Shown one piece after another: positions 1 through 8,907 of a stretch of DNA of 64,000 bases (position 1 is the first letter of the stretch; every line of letters starts with the position of its first letter). The notes below the pieces were generated by a model. That model was given only the letters and a program-made list of their open reading frames with translations. It searched no databases and was not told the origin of the DNA. The position numbers and the translations under genes are program-made. The DNA comes from Thermoanaerobaculia bacterium (GTDB lineage Bacteria; Acidobacteriota; Thermoanaerobaculia; Multivoradales; Multivoraceae): NCBI GenBank assembly GCA_963664405.1, contig OY761158.1, forward strand, positions 3,680,001 through 3,744,000. The letters are read 5' to 3'.

Positions 1-2
1 TG

Positions 3-1370
3 GTGCAGCACGATCTCATCGGCAGCCTTGCACACGCGCGGATGCTGATGGAGCAGGAGGTCCTCGGCGGAGAAGACGCCACAGCGATTCTCGGAGGTCT
101 CTCGACTCTGCTGGCGGAAGTCGAGAAGGGCAGTCTCGTTGTCGAAGGTGCGGATGAGGATGTCCACAGTTGGATCGAGCGCTTACTCATAGAGCGCATT
201 GGCGAGCCGGCCTTGCGTCTCCATACCGCTCGGAGTCGCAACGACCAGACCGGGACGGCGCTGCGCCTCTGGGTCCGCGGGGAACTGGCCATGCTGATCG
301 GCGGTGGAGTCGAGCTGCTGGAGGCCTTGAGAACGACAGCCGAGGGCCATCTCGAGACTTGGCTTCCCGGCTATACCCATCTGCAGCGAGGGCAGCCGGT
401 GTCACTCGCCCACCATCTTCTTGCCCACTTCTGGGCTGTGGAGGCGGATGCGCGACGCCTACGGGGTCTTCACGAAGGGAGTCTGCTGAGCCCGCTTGGT
501 GCGGGCGCACTCGCAGGCTCGCCTTATCCGATCGACCCGGCGCGTAGCGCGGAGCTGCTCGGCTTCGACGCGCCCTATGCGAACTCGATGTTCGCCGTCG
601 CCGATCGCGACTATGTGGCGGAGGCGGTCTTCGCCTGTGCACTGTTGATGACCCATCTGTCGCGTTGGGCGAGCGAGGTCATTCTTTGGACCTCGGCCGA
701 GTTCGGATTTGCGGTTCTCGACGACTCCATCGCCAAGGGATCGAGCCTGATGCCGCAGAAAAAGAACCCCGAGGCGGCCGAGCTCTTGCGTGGCAAGACC
801 GGACGGGTACTCGGTGACCTTGCTGGAATCCTCACCCTTCTTCACGGTCTGCCCTTGACCTACAACAGTGACTTGCAGGAGGACAAAGAGGGCCTCTTTG
901 ATGCCGTCGACACCGCGAGAGGGTCCCTGGTCTGTGCAACCGCGCTGGTCGAGGGGCTGCACTTTCGTCCCGAGCGGATGAAGGCGGCGCTCGAAGGGGG
1001 CTATTTGACGGCCACCGATCTGGCCGACTACCTCGTCACCAGGGGAGTCCCTTTTCGATCCGCGCATCACCATGCCGGCCAAGCAGTGCGGATCGCGGAA
1101 AAAAGAGGAGTTGAGCTCTGGGATCTCGACCTCACCGAGTTGCGCACAGTCTGGCCCGAGATCGACGAAGACGTCTTCGAGATCCTTCGTCCAGAGGCTG
1201 CTGCCCGGCGGCGCAGCCACACCGGTGGCCCGGCGCCGCAGCGAGTCGCGGAGCAGTTGCAGCAGGCGGAGGGAGCGGCCGCCGGTCTCGAGCAGTGGCT
1301 ACAGGGTTTGGAGCCCCCCCCCGTTTACCGGGCTCACCTCGAAGGCCGGCTCCTCGAGGAGAGGCTCTGA
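3..1370 (+). CDS. argH: Argininosuccinate lyase (5' truncated by window edge)
   Basis: Motifs HTARSRNDQ, PGYTHLQ and the fumarase-family signature GSSLMPQKKNP; YNSDLQEDKE; upstream of argR. Confidence 0.96.
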   Translation: MQHDLIGSLAHARMLMEQEVLGGEDATAILGGLSTLLAEVEKGSLVVEGADEDVHSWIERLLIERIGEPALRLHTARSRNDQTGTALRLWVRGELAMLIGGGVELLEALRTTAEGHLETWLPGYTHLQRGQPVSLAHHLLAHFWAVEADARRLRGLHEGSLLSPLGAGALAGSPYPIDPARSAELLGFDAPYANSMFAVADRDYVAEAVFACALLMTHLSRWASEVILWTSAEFGFAVLDDSIAKGSSLMPQKKNPEAAELLRGKTGRVLGDLAGILTLLHGLPLTYNSDLQEDKEGLFDAVDTARGSLVCATALVEGLHFRPERMKAALEGGYLTATDLADYLVTRGVPFRSAHHHAGQAVRIAEKRGVELWDLDLTELRTVWPEIDEDVFEILRPEAAARRRSHTGGPAPQRVAEQLQQAEGAAAGLEQWLQGLEPPPVYRAHLEGRLLEERL

Positions 1371-1834
1371 GCCGCCGCATTCGCGAGCAGGCCATTCTCG
1401 AGATCGTCGAGAGTGAAGTGGTCCGCAATCAGGGGACTCTGGTCGAGCTTTTGGGCAAGCGAGGCATCGATTCGACCCAGGCCACGGTCTCTCGGGACGT
1501 CAAGAGGCTGGGTCTTATCAAGCGGCCGGCGCGCCGAGGCGGGTATCGCTACGCCTCGCCCTCGGAGCTTGTCCCTGGTGTTTCCGAGCAGCGCACTCGC
1601 CGCCAGCTCAAGAGCGCCTGCGAGCAGTTCGTAACCAAGATCGACACCGGCGAGTCCCTTCTGGTGCTCAAGACCCTCAGTGGTCGCGCCAACGCGGTCG
1701 CTGTAGCCCTCGACGAGTGCGGCTTCTCCGAAGTCGTCGGCAGTCTCGCCGGCGACGACACCATCGTAGTCGTCGCCAGAAGCGAGAAGGATCGCGCCAA
1801 GCTCATTGAGCTGGTGGAAGAGATGGTTCGCTAG
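1367..1834 (+). CDS. argR: Arginine repressor (start approximate, overlapping argH stop)
   Basis: TQATVSRD helix-turn-helix and C-terminal GSLAGDDT arginine-binding motif. Confidence 0.92.
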   Translation: MSRRIREQAILEIVESEVVRNQGTLVELLGKRGIDSTQATVSRDVKRLGLIKRPARRGGYRYASPSELVPGVSEQRTRRQLKSACEQFVTKIDTGESLLVLKTLSGRANAVAVALDECGFSEVVGSLAGDDTIVVVARSEKDRAKLIELVEEMVR

Positions 1835-1890
1835 CTATGCTCGCTGTGGTGCCCAGGTACGGCTCACGGTCACGGCGAATCAGCGCGTGT

Positions 1891-4044
1891 CTAGTCCGTG
1901 GGCTTGCGGGCCGCGGCTTGCTGCAGCGCAGTCACCTCTGACAGCGTCTCCTGGATCCTGTTCTGCTCCAGGGAGTAGCGCTCGTCGGACAACCAGCGCC
2001 CGAGGAAGTGCAAGCCCTCCGCAGTCTCGTCCAGATCCGGGGCTTCCCGCGATGCTTTCAGTCGGGGAAGGAGGTCGCCGAGCCAATCCAACTTCGCGTC
2101 GGCGATCGCCTCCGCGACCTCGGCTCGCTGCCTACCGGGGTCTTCGTTCTCGGCGACGGCCTCGGTGAGGTACTTGTCGGCCTCGCGGTACGCGCTCCTC
2201 TTGAGGGCTTCCATCCCGAGGAACAGGGTCTGATAGCCCGAGGAAGGACGCAGCTCGGCACCGGACTCTAGAGTCAGGTAAAGCTCGACCTGCTTTTTCT
2301 TCAGCGAGCGGACCCAGGTCGCCCAGCTCCGCGTCCAGGGCTCGAAATCGCGGTTCTTGCTTGCCAAGTCCCTCCTGCTGGTATCGAGGGCCTGCTGTTC
2401 GGTGTACTCGTCCATGAGCACCCAGGCACCGCTGCGGGCGGCGAGCAACACGTTGTCCTGCGCTCGCTCCATGGGGGTCTTCCCCTCGGAGGCGGGCCGC
2501 CTCTTTTCTCCCTGCTGACGATAGTAGTTGTAGATGTAGGGGAGGACGTTGGTGACTACGACCAGGTCAAAGGCCCCGCCCTCGAACCCGCTGGGCAGGG
2601 TCTCGGTCATATCTCCCTGCTCGAAGCGGATCAGCCGGTCTCGAGCATCGCGGTTGAAGAGCTCGTTAGCCTTGCCTTCGTGGAGCTCGACAACTTTCCA
2701 GCGGCGGTCGATCAAACGATAGGCGTGTTTGACGAAGCCCCTGGGATCTGGCTGGACCCACAGGCTGAGGGGCACCTCGATCTCGGGGGCGAGGGTCAGG
2801 AAGCGACCGAGCAGCGCACCGGCCAGGCCTTGGTCGGCGAGCTGCCGAAACAGCACCTGGCGCTCTGCGGCCGTGGCGGCCGCGAGGACCTGTTCGTGCT
2901 GATCGGTGAGGCGGTTGACGAGACCCGCGTCGTCGTTGGCGAGTGCGCTCTCCTCGAGGATCAAGTTCCACTTGTGGTGCTGGCTGCCCGCGGCATCGAA
3001 CCGGTAGATCGGCCCATCGCGGCTCGGCATATAGGCGTAGTCGGTCGCTATGATCTCCAGTCTTAGCGAGCTCAGCTCTGCCGCGGCCTCGTCCGCGAGG
3101 TCGGAGTCGGCGCTGAGCAGGGCGAACGCCTCGTCGAGGAGCGCGGCGAGGAGGAAGGTTTGGCTGCCGTCCTCGAAGCCGGCGTGCCAGACTCGAAAAA
3201 CTCCCAATTCGCCCGGAGCGGCGAGCCTCCGGCGGAGCAGTTCCGGGAGCCCGCGGTAGGCGAGGTCCAGGTAAGCCTCCTGGTAGGCCGGCCACCAACG
3301 TGCGTTGTTCCCTCCGACCCGTCGGGTGACCGGCGGGTTGTCTCCGGACTCCTGGTTGTCCTCGGCAACCCAGGCGCTGCGGATCCAGCGAGTCGTTCTC
3401 GGCGACTGCAAGTCGCTAGGAATCTGGCCAAGACTTGGCCAGTATGCCTCCGCGGGGAACTCCGGGTAAGTCGCTACGTAATGGACTGGAGCCACGAGCG
3501 CCGCCCTTACCGCCTCGTCGAGGTCGAGCTCTTGATCGGAGAGAGTCGCGGCGAGAGCGAGAGCCTCGTCCGCGGCCGTGGTGGCCAGCTTCTCCCGCCC
3601 GCGCGATCTCCACAGGTGGCTGCCTTCGATCAATGACAACAACCGCTCGACGGAGGCGGGGTAGAGACCCGGAGCCGGGAGCGCGAGCCGCAGCCTCTCC
3701 TCGGTCTCGCCGCCTTGGCCGGCATCGGCATTTGCCTCGCGCAGGTAGCGCGCCAGGACGCGCTCGACCCCCTTCGCACTCGGGTTGGAGTCTACGATCA
3801 GCTCGTAGACGGCTCGGGCCTCGGGGGTCCAGCGGGGATCCTCACCGTCGGCCATGTCGGTGGCCACCTGTTGCTGAGCGTGGACCGCGACGAGCCGCCA
3901 CATGTCGGTCTCGCTGAAGTCTCCCTCCAGCTTGGGTTTGTAGCCCGAGAGCGAGATCTGACCCGACGCCGGGACGTACGAGAGACAGAAGGCCAATGCT
4001 GCCATCAGGCCCACCAACGGAACGAGACTTCGGCCGCGCGTCAC
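1891..4044 (-). CDS. Large putative exported protein with degenerate CheR-like SAM-dependent methyltransferase domain
   Basis: Signal-peptide-like N-terminus (LVPLVGLMAALAFCLSYVPASG); CheR-like motifs RVWHAGFEDGSQTFLLA, IIATDY, IRFEQGDM, FDLVVVTNVLPY; start uncertain (ORF open to 4092). Confidence 0.5.
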   Translation of the reverse strand: MTRGRSLVPLVGLMAALAFCLSYVPASGQISLSGYKPKLEGDFSETDMWRLVAVHAQQQVATDMADGEDPRWTPEARAVYELIVDSNPSAKGVERVLARYLREANADAGQGGETEERLRLALPAPGLYPASVERLLSLIEGSHLWRSRGREKLATTAADEALALAATLSDQELDLDEAVRAALVAPVHYVATYPEFPAEAYWPSLGQIPSDLQSPRTTRWIRSAWVAEDNQESGDNPPVTRRVGGNNARWWPAYQEAYLDLAYRGLPELLRRRLAAPGELGVFRVWHAGFEDGSQTFLLAALLDEAFALLSADSDLADEAAAELSSLRLEIIATDYAYMPSRDGPIYRFDAAGSQHHKWNLILEESALANDDAGLVNRLTDQHEQVLAAATAAERQVLFRQLADQGLAGALLGRFLTLAPEIEVPLSLWVQPDPRGFVKHAYRLIDRRWKVVELHEGKANELFNRDARDRLIRFEQGDMTETLPSGFEGGAFDLVVVTNVLPYIYNYYRQQGEKRRPASEGKTPMERAQDNVLLAARSGAWVLMDEYTEQQALDTSRRDLASKNRDFEPWTRSWATWVRSLKKKQVELYLTLESGAELRPSSGYQTLFLGMEALKRSAYREADKYLTEAVAENEDPGRQRAEVAEAIADAKLDWLGDLLPRLKASREAPDLDETAEGLHFLGRWLSDERYSLEQNRIQETLSEVTALQQAAARKPTD

Positions 4045-4137
4045 TTCGCTCTCAACGATAGCAGGGCCGGATCCAGCCGGACGACCCACCAAAAGGGCGG
4101 GCGTTTCGTAGCTCAGCTCTGCAAGTGAGGTGTCCGG

Positions 4138-5583
4138 CTAGTCGCCTCCGACCGTTTCCGGGCTCGCCTTGGTCCGACCGCCCGAGAAGCGCTCGCGGAT
4201 CTTCTGTTGCTGCTCCTCGGAGAGGGTGTCCCAATCGATCCCGTAGCGTTCCTTGAGTATGCCCTTCATCCGCTCCGGATCGAAGCGACGGCTGCTTTCG
4301 CCCCCGGTCAACCCGGCCGCGCCGCCCTGGCTCACGTAGCCCTTTTCGGCGTCAGCGTAGGAGATGAAGCCGAACATCATCTCGGACGTGGTCGGCCCAC
4401 CGTAGGTGACGTCGATCGACGGATCGGGGTTGGAGGGGTTGTCGGCCGAGTTGTCCCAAGCCATGGTCAGCTCGATCTTGGTGCCCGCAGGGATCTTCTT
4501 GCCGCCCTGCGGATACTCGTAGTGGGTCTGCCAGTTGAAGTCGTATTTCGGAACCTCGAGGAGGACTTCTTCGGTTCCGTCGGGGTACTTCGCTAAGTAC
4601 TGGGCAGACTTGCCGCGCAGATGCATATGTGGGGTGTAGCCGAGAAGCAGGGTTTCGCGGTCGAAAGTGTGGGTCACCACCTGGCTGTAGTTGGCATCGC
4701 CGGCGGGGATCTTGAAATCGAACTTGCCTGCCGGCTCGTTCTGAACGATGTGGTCAGGCTCATAGCCCTCCGGGTAGAAGCGGACAGCGACGGAGGAGCG
4801 ATCCCAGGCGCCGGTGCCCTCACCAGCCTCCTTGTGGTAATGCATCCTCCAGGTGAGCTCGGTGCCCGGCTGGAGTTGCACGGCGAAGCCGTCGTTGTAC
4901 GTCGTCGGATCGTTACCCGGGGCGATGCCACCGAGGGGACGGGTGATGATGTGGTGCACCACCGGCGTTCCCGGACGGAACTCGACCGCCTGGATCCAGC
5001 GCGGCTCCGGGAGCATGTCCTCGGTGATTTTCGTCGTGAAGCGGATGTACTGGTCTTCGACGTCATCCTCGACGAAGTAGTCCTGGCCCATGTCCAGCAC
5101 GAGATCGGGCTCGCCGATCGTCCAGCCTTCGGACGCTGGCCATTGGCGGGCCGCGGGAGCGTCGGCGACATCGCCGGCCGGTGCGCCACTCTGAGCCCAG
5201 GTGACGAGCGTCGTGACGTCGGCGTCAGTGATGGTCCGCTCGTTCGAGAAGACGCCGTTGTGCTGCGCATCGGCGTGCCAGGGCGGCATTGTCCGAGCTT
5301 CGACCTGACGGGCGATCGACCGAGCCCACGGGCGCGTGTCGTTGTAGCTGGTGAAGGCCATCGGAGCGACCATGCCGCCGAGATTGGCACCGTTCGGGCG
5401 GTGGCAGACCTGGCAGTTCTCCTGCAGGACGGGTAAGACGTCTTTGTAAAACGTCGGCGCCGCGGTCACTGCGTCAGCAGTGTTGTTGGCGTTCGCGTTG
5501 GCAGCAGCCGTTGCCGGGATCGCCCAGAGCGCGACACATACGAGTATTGCAACGGTCCGACGGGTGAGACTTCGATCGATCAT
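4138..5583 (-). CDS. Exported cytochrome c / copper type II (PHM/DBH-like) monooxygenase-domain protein
   Basis: Signal peptide, CQVCH heme motif, VHHI, MHYH, PHMHLRG and EMM copper-ligand-like motifs, YDFNWQ. Confidence 0.75.
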   Translation of the reverse strand: MIDRSLTRRTVAILVCVALWAIPATAAANANANNTADAVTAAPTFYKDVLPVLQENCQVCHRPNGANLGGMVAPMAFTSYNDTRPWARSIARQVEARTMPPWHADAQHNGVFSNERTITDADVTTLVTWAQSGAPAGDVADAPAARQWPASEGWTIGEPDLVLDMGQDYFVEDDVEDQYIRFTTKITEDMLPEPRWIQAVEFRPGTPVVHHIITRPLGGIAPGNDPTTYNDGFAVQLQPGTELTWRMHYHKEAGEGTGAWDRSSVAVRFYPEGYEPDHIVQNEPAGKFDFKIPAGDANYSQVVTHTFDRETLLLGYTPHMHLRGKSAQYLAKYPDGTEEVLLEVPKYDFNWQTHYEYPQGGKKIPAGTKIELTMAWDNSADNPSNPDPSIDVTYGGPTTSEMMFGFISYADAEKGYVSQGGAAGLTGGESSRRFDPERMKGILKERYGIDWDTLSEEQQQKIRERFSGGRTKASPETVGGD

Positions 5584-5784
5584 AGTTCTTGTCCTGTCGA
5601 GGTCGGTTGGTGGGTCAGCGCAGCATGGGGTGGCGTTGGCGGCGGCGCGAGACTGCCGCGCACTTCCTCTACCAGCACGTGTCTAGGAGACTTCAGACTA
5701 TCCTTAATTGTTTCAGATGGATGCTCTGGTGTCCAAAAACGGACTTCTGCAGGTAGGGCGCAGCATCTACCATAAAAAGTTAGC

Positions 5785-5809
5785 AAAAAGGTCACCTTTT
5801 TCGTAGAAT
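5785..5809 (+). promoter_or_regulatory. Perfect palindrome AAAAAGGT-C-ACCTTTTT followed by TAGAAT (-10-like), upstream of the cysteine synthase operon
   Basis: 8-bp inverted repeat 5785-5801 in an AT-rich divergent intergenic region; TAGAAT at 5804-5809. Confidence 0.45.
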
Positions 5810-5820
5810 CCTTGTCTCTT

Positions 5821-6762
5821 ATGACGCTGACACTCGTTACAGGAGCTCCTGCCCGTACCCTCTCAGGTCCTTGTGGACTGCTCGATCTGGTCGGGAATAC
5901 GCCCTTGTTGGACCTTTCAGGGCTGGTCGAGAACCCTGAAGTCCAGCTCTATGCAAAGGCGGAACAGACCAACCCAGGAGGCTCGATAAAGGATCGGCCG
6001 GGGCTGGCCATGGTCCAGGACGCGCTGGCACGAGGGCTGCTCGATTCGGGAAAGCGGATTCTAGACGCCACTTCTGGGAATACCGGGATCGCCTACGCGA
6101 TGATCGGAGCGGCGATGAGGATTCCGGTGACCCTCTGCCTTCCAGCAAACGCCAGCCCCGAGCGGAAACGGATCCTCGAGGTCTATGGAGTCGAGCTGAT
6201 CCTCACTGATCCGCTCGAGGGAAGTGATGGCGCGATCCGTGAAGCCCGTCGCGTAGTCGCCGAAAGCGATCAGTACGCTTATCTCGACCAATACGGCAAT
6301 CCCGAGAATTGGCGGGCTCACTACCGCGGCACCGGACCCGAGATCTGGGAACAGTGTGAGGGCAAGCTGACTCATTTCATCACCGGCCTCGGCACCAGTG
6401 GTACCTTTGTCGGTGTCGGCCGCTATCTGCGCGAGCAGGACCCCTCGGTTCAACTGATCTCGATCGAGCCCGACAGCCCTTTTCACGGCCTTGAAGGAAT
6501 GAAGCACATGGAGACGGCGATCGTTCCGCCGATTTACGATGCGGACCTTGCTAGCGAAGCTCGAAGCTGCTCGACCGAGTTGGCTCATTCGACGGTGCGC
6601 CGTTTGGCCCGAGAGGCCGGCCTGATGGTTGGAGTCTCGGCCGGCTGTAACGTTGCCTCTGCGATCAAGCTCGCTGCTGAGCTCGACCAGGGCGTTATTG
6701 TCACTGTCCTGTGTGACGGTGCGGACAAGTATCTGACGGAGCGTTTTTGGGAGGAAGGGTGA
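5821..6762 (+). CDS. cysM: PLP-dependent cysteine synthase (CysM/CysK family)
   Basis: NPGGSIKDR PLP lysine, ATSGNTG, GLGTSGT; operon with JAB protease, sulfur carrier and MoeB. Confidence 0.88.
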   Translation: MTLTLVTGAPARTLSGPCGLLDLVGNTPLLDLSGLVENPEVQLYAKAEQTNPGGSIKDRPGLAMVQDALARGLLDSGKRILDATSGNTGIAYAMIGAAMRIPVTLCLPANASPERKRILEVYGVELILTDPLEGSDGAIREARRVVAESDQYAYLDQYGNPENWRAHYRGTGPEIWEQCEGKLTHFITGLGTSGTFVGVGRYLREQDPSVQLISIEPDSPFHGLEGMKHMETAIVPPIYDADLASEARSCSTELAHSTVRRLAREAGLMVGVSAGCNVASAIKLAAELDQGVIVTVLCDGADKYLTERFWEEG

Positions 6763-7226
6763 GTTTACGTCTCTCTGCGTCGGACCTGGCGAAGATCTAT
6801 GAGCACGGCGAGGCCTCCTTTCCGGAGGAGTGCTGTGGCGTGATGATCGGTCGGTCCGCTACACAAGGCGCGCCGGCAACCGTCGAGGAGATTCTTTCGG
6901 CGCAAAACGAGCGCGAGGATGAAAACCGCCACAATCGATTTCTGATCAGTCCCCGCGCCCTTCTGGATGCGCAGAGGGCGGCTCGCGACAAGGGGCTCGA
7001 AGTCCTCGGTTACTATCACTCCCACCCCGACCACCCGGCCCGACCGAGCGACTTCGACCGCGATCATGCCTGGCCTGCGACTAGTTACCTGATTGTTTCC
7101 ATTATGAGCGGCCGAGTAGCGGACTGCCGGAGCTGGCTGCTCAAGAGCGATCGATCTGCTTTCGATGAGGAGTCCGTAGAGGACTTGGTTGGCAATAGAG
7201 TGGCGATAGAATCGCCAGTCTCCTGA
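6759..7226 (+). CDS. JAB/MPN+ (M67) metalloprotease, Mec/CysO-cysteine peptidase-like
   Basis: PEECCG and JAMM motif YHSHPDHPARPSDFD. Confidence 0.92.
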   Translation: MSLRLSASDLAKIYEHGEASFPEECCGVMIGRSATQGAPATVEEILSAQNEREDENRHNRFLISPRALLDAQRAARDKGLEVLGYYHSHPDHPARPSDFDRDHAWPATSYLIVSIMSGRVADCRSWLLKSDRSAFDEESVEDLVGNRVAIESPVS

Positions 7227-7251
7227 GAATGCCTCCGGCAAGGAGAAAACC

Positions 7252-7539
7252 ATGACAATTTCGATTCAGATACCTACCCCTCTACGCGGCTTCACCGGTG
7301 ATAACGGTGAGGTGAGTGTCGAGGGGTCCACGGTGGGCGAAGCGCTCCAAGGCCTGATCGCCAAGCACAGTGCGTTAGCGCCGCATCTCTATGGTGACGA
7401 TGGCAAGCTGCGTAGCTTCGTCAACGTCTTCCTCAACGACGAGGACGTTCGTTACATGGAGAAGGAAGATACTCCGGTCAAAGAGGGGGACTCGCTGTCG
7501 ATCATTCCTTCGATCGCCGGTGGAGGAGGTGCCAGATGA
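7252..7539 (+). CDS. Ubiquitin-like MoaD/ThiS/CysO sulfur carrier with masked C-terminus (…IAGGGGAR)
   Basis: Beta-grasp pattern IQIPTPLR…FVNVFLNDEDVR…IIPSIAGG; RBS AAGGAG. Confidence 0.9.
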   Translation: MTISIQIPTPLRGFTGDNGEVSVEGSTVGEALQGLIAKHSALAPHLYGDDGKLRSFVNVFLNDEDVRYMEKEDTPVKEGDSLSIIPSIAGGGGAR

Positions 7540-8711
7540 CCTTGGTTCAGAACGACGAGACCGCGACCCTTCCCACCCTGACTCCACAGGAGATTCAGCG
7601 CTACAGCCGGCACCTGATCATGCCAGAGGTCGGAACCCTGGGCCAACAGAAGCTGAAGGCCGCCAAGGTGCTGATGGTCGGTACTGGAGGGCTCGGATCG
7701 CCCCTTGGCATGTACCTGGCGGCCGCCGGCGTCGGCACGATGGGATTGGTCGAGTTCGATACGGTCGAGGAATCCAACCTGCACCGTCAGCTTCTTTATG
7801 GGCTTGCCGACGTTGGTCGGCCGAAGATCGAAGCTGCGATGGAGAGGTTGAACGTGGTCAACCCGCACGTGAACCTGATTCCTCATCCGGTGCGTCTCGA
7901 GTCCTCCAACGCCTTGGACATCTTCAAGGACTACGACTTGGTGGTCGACGGTACGGACAACTTTCCTACCCGCTATCTGGTCAACGACGCCTGTGTGCTG
8001 CTCGGCAAGCCGAACGTCTACGGCTCGATCTTCCGTTTCGAGGGTCAGGCATCCGTCTTCTGGGCGGAGAAGGGCCCCTGCTACCGCTGCCTCTTCCCCG
8101 AGCCGCCTCCTCCAGGCCTCGTACCGTCCTGCGCCGAAGGTGGTGTGCTTGGGGTCCTGCCCGGGATCATCGGGTCGCTGCAGGCAAACGAGGTGATCAA
8201 GCTCATCATCGGCCAGGGCGAGCCGCTGATCGGGCGCCTCGTCCTCTTCGACGCACTGCGCATGAAGTTCCGAGAGCTCAAGCTCCGACGCAACCCGGAA
8301 TGCCCGGTGTGCTCCGAGAACGCGACCCAGACCGAGCTCATCGATTACGAGCAGTTCTGCGGCTTCACGCCAGAGGAAGAGTCTCTGGGCGACGACATCG
8401 ATATCACCGCCACCGAGACCCAGGAGCTGATCGACGGGGGCACGAAGGTCACCATCTTGGATGTGCGTAATCCTCCCGAGTATGAGATCTGCCGAATCGA
8501 GGGTTCGGTGCTGATTCCGTTGCCTGAGCTGCAGGACCGGCTTGGCGAGCTCGACCCGAGGGACTTCTACGTCGTTCACTGCCACCATGGACCGCGATCC
8601 ACGCGGGCGGTGAGTATGCTGCGCGACGTCGGCTTCGCCAAGACAAAGAACCTCGCGGGCGGAATCGATGCTTGGAGCCTGGAAGTGGATCCGGACGTCC
8701 CGCGCTACTAG
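7536..8711 (+). CDS. moeB: MoeB/MoeZ adenylyltransferase-sulfurtransferase with C-terminal rhodanese
   Basis: RYSRHL, GTGGLGS, SNLHRQ, CYRC…CPVC zinc sites, rhodanese loop CHHGPRS. Confidence 0.95.
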   Translation: MTLVQNDETATLPTLTPQEIQRYSRHLIMPEVGTLGQQKLKAAKVLMVGTGGLGSPLGMYLAAAGVGTMGLVEFDTVEESNLHRQLLYGLADVGRPKIEAAMERLNVVNPHVNLIPHPVRLESSNALDIFKDYDLVVDGTDNFPTRYLVNDACVLLGKPNVYGSIFRFEGQASVFWAEKGPCYRCLFPEPPPPGLVPSCAEGGVLGVLPGIIGSLQANEVIKLIIGQGEPLIGRLVLFDALRMKFRELKLRRNPECPVCSENATQTELIDYEQFCGFTPEEESLGDDIDITATETQELIDGGTKVTILDVRNPPEYEICRIEGSVLIPLPELQDRLGELDPRDFYVVHCHHGPRSTRAVSMLRDVGFAKTKNLAGGIDAWSLEVDPDVPRY

Positions 8712-8879
8712 TGGGCCGTAACACCCAAACGATTAGCGCCTGAGCGGCCCTCGCGGCCGATCTCTGCGTTACGCTTCCTCGACATATTGCCCGATATGCC
8801 TGCGTCAGCGCGCCTTGATCTCGACCACGAATGACTCACTCAGCCACTAAACGTTCGAGTGTTCGGGACACGACACTAG
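8708..8879. repeat. CTAG-bounded long hairpin element, copy A (near-identical to copy C; right end diverged)
   Basis: Starts at the CTAG containing the moeB stop; core CTCGACATATTGCCCGATATGCCTGCGTC; aligns to 18195-18362. Confidence 0.88.
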
Positions 8880-8907
8880 ACAGCTGGGCCGTTTGCGGCC
8901 TGAGCTC

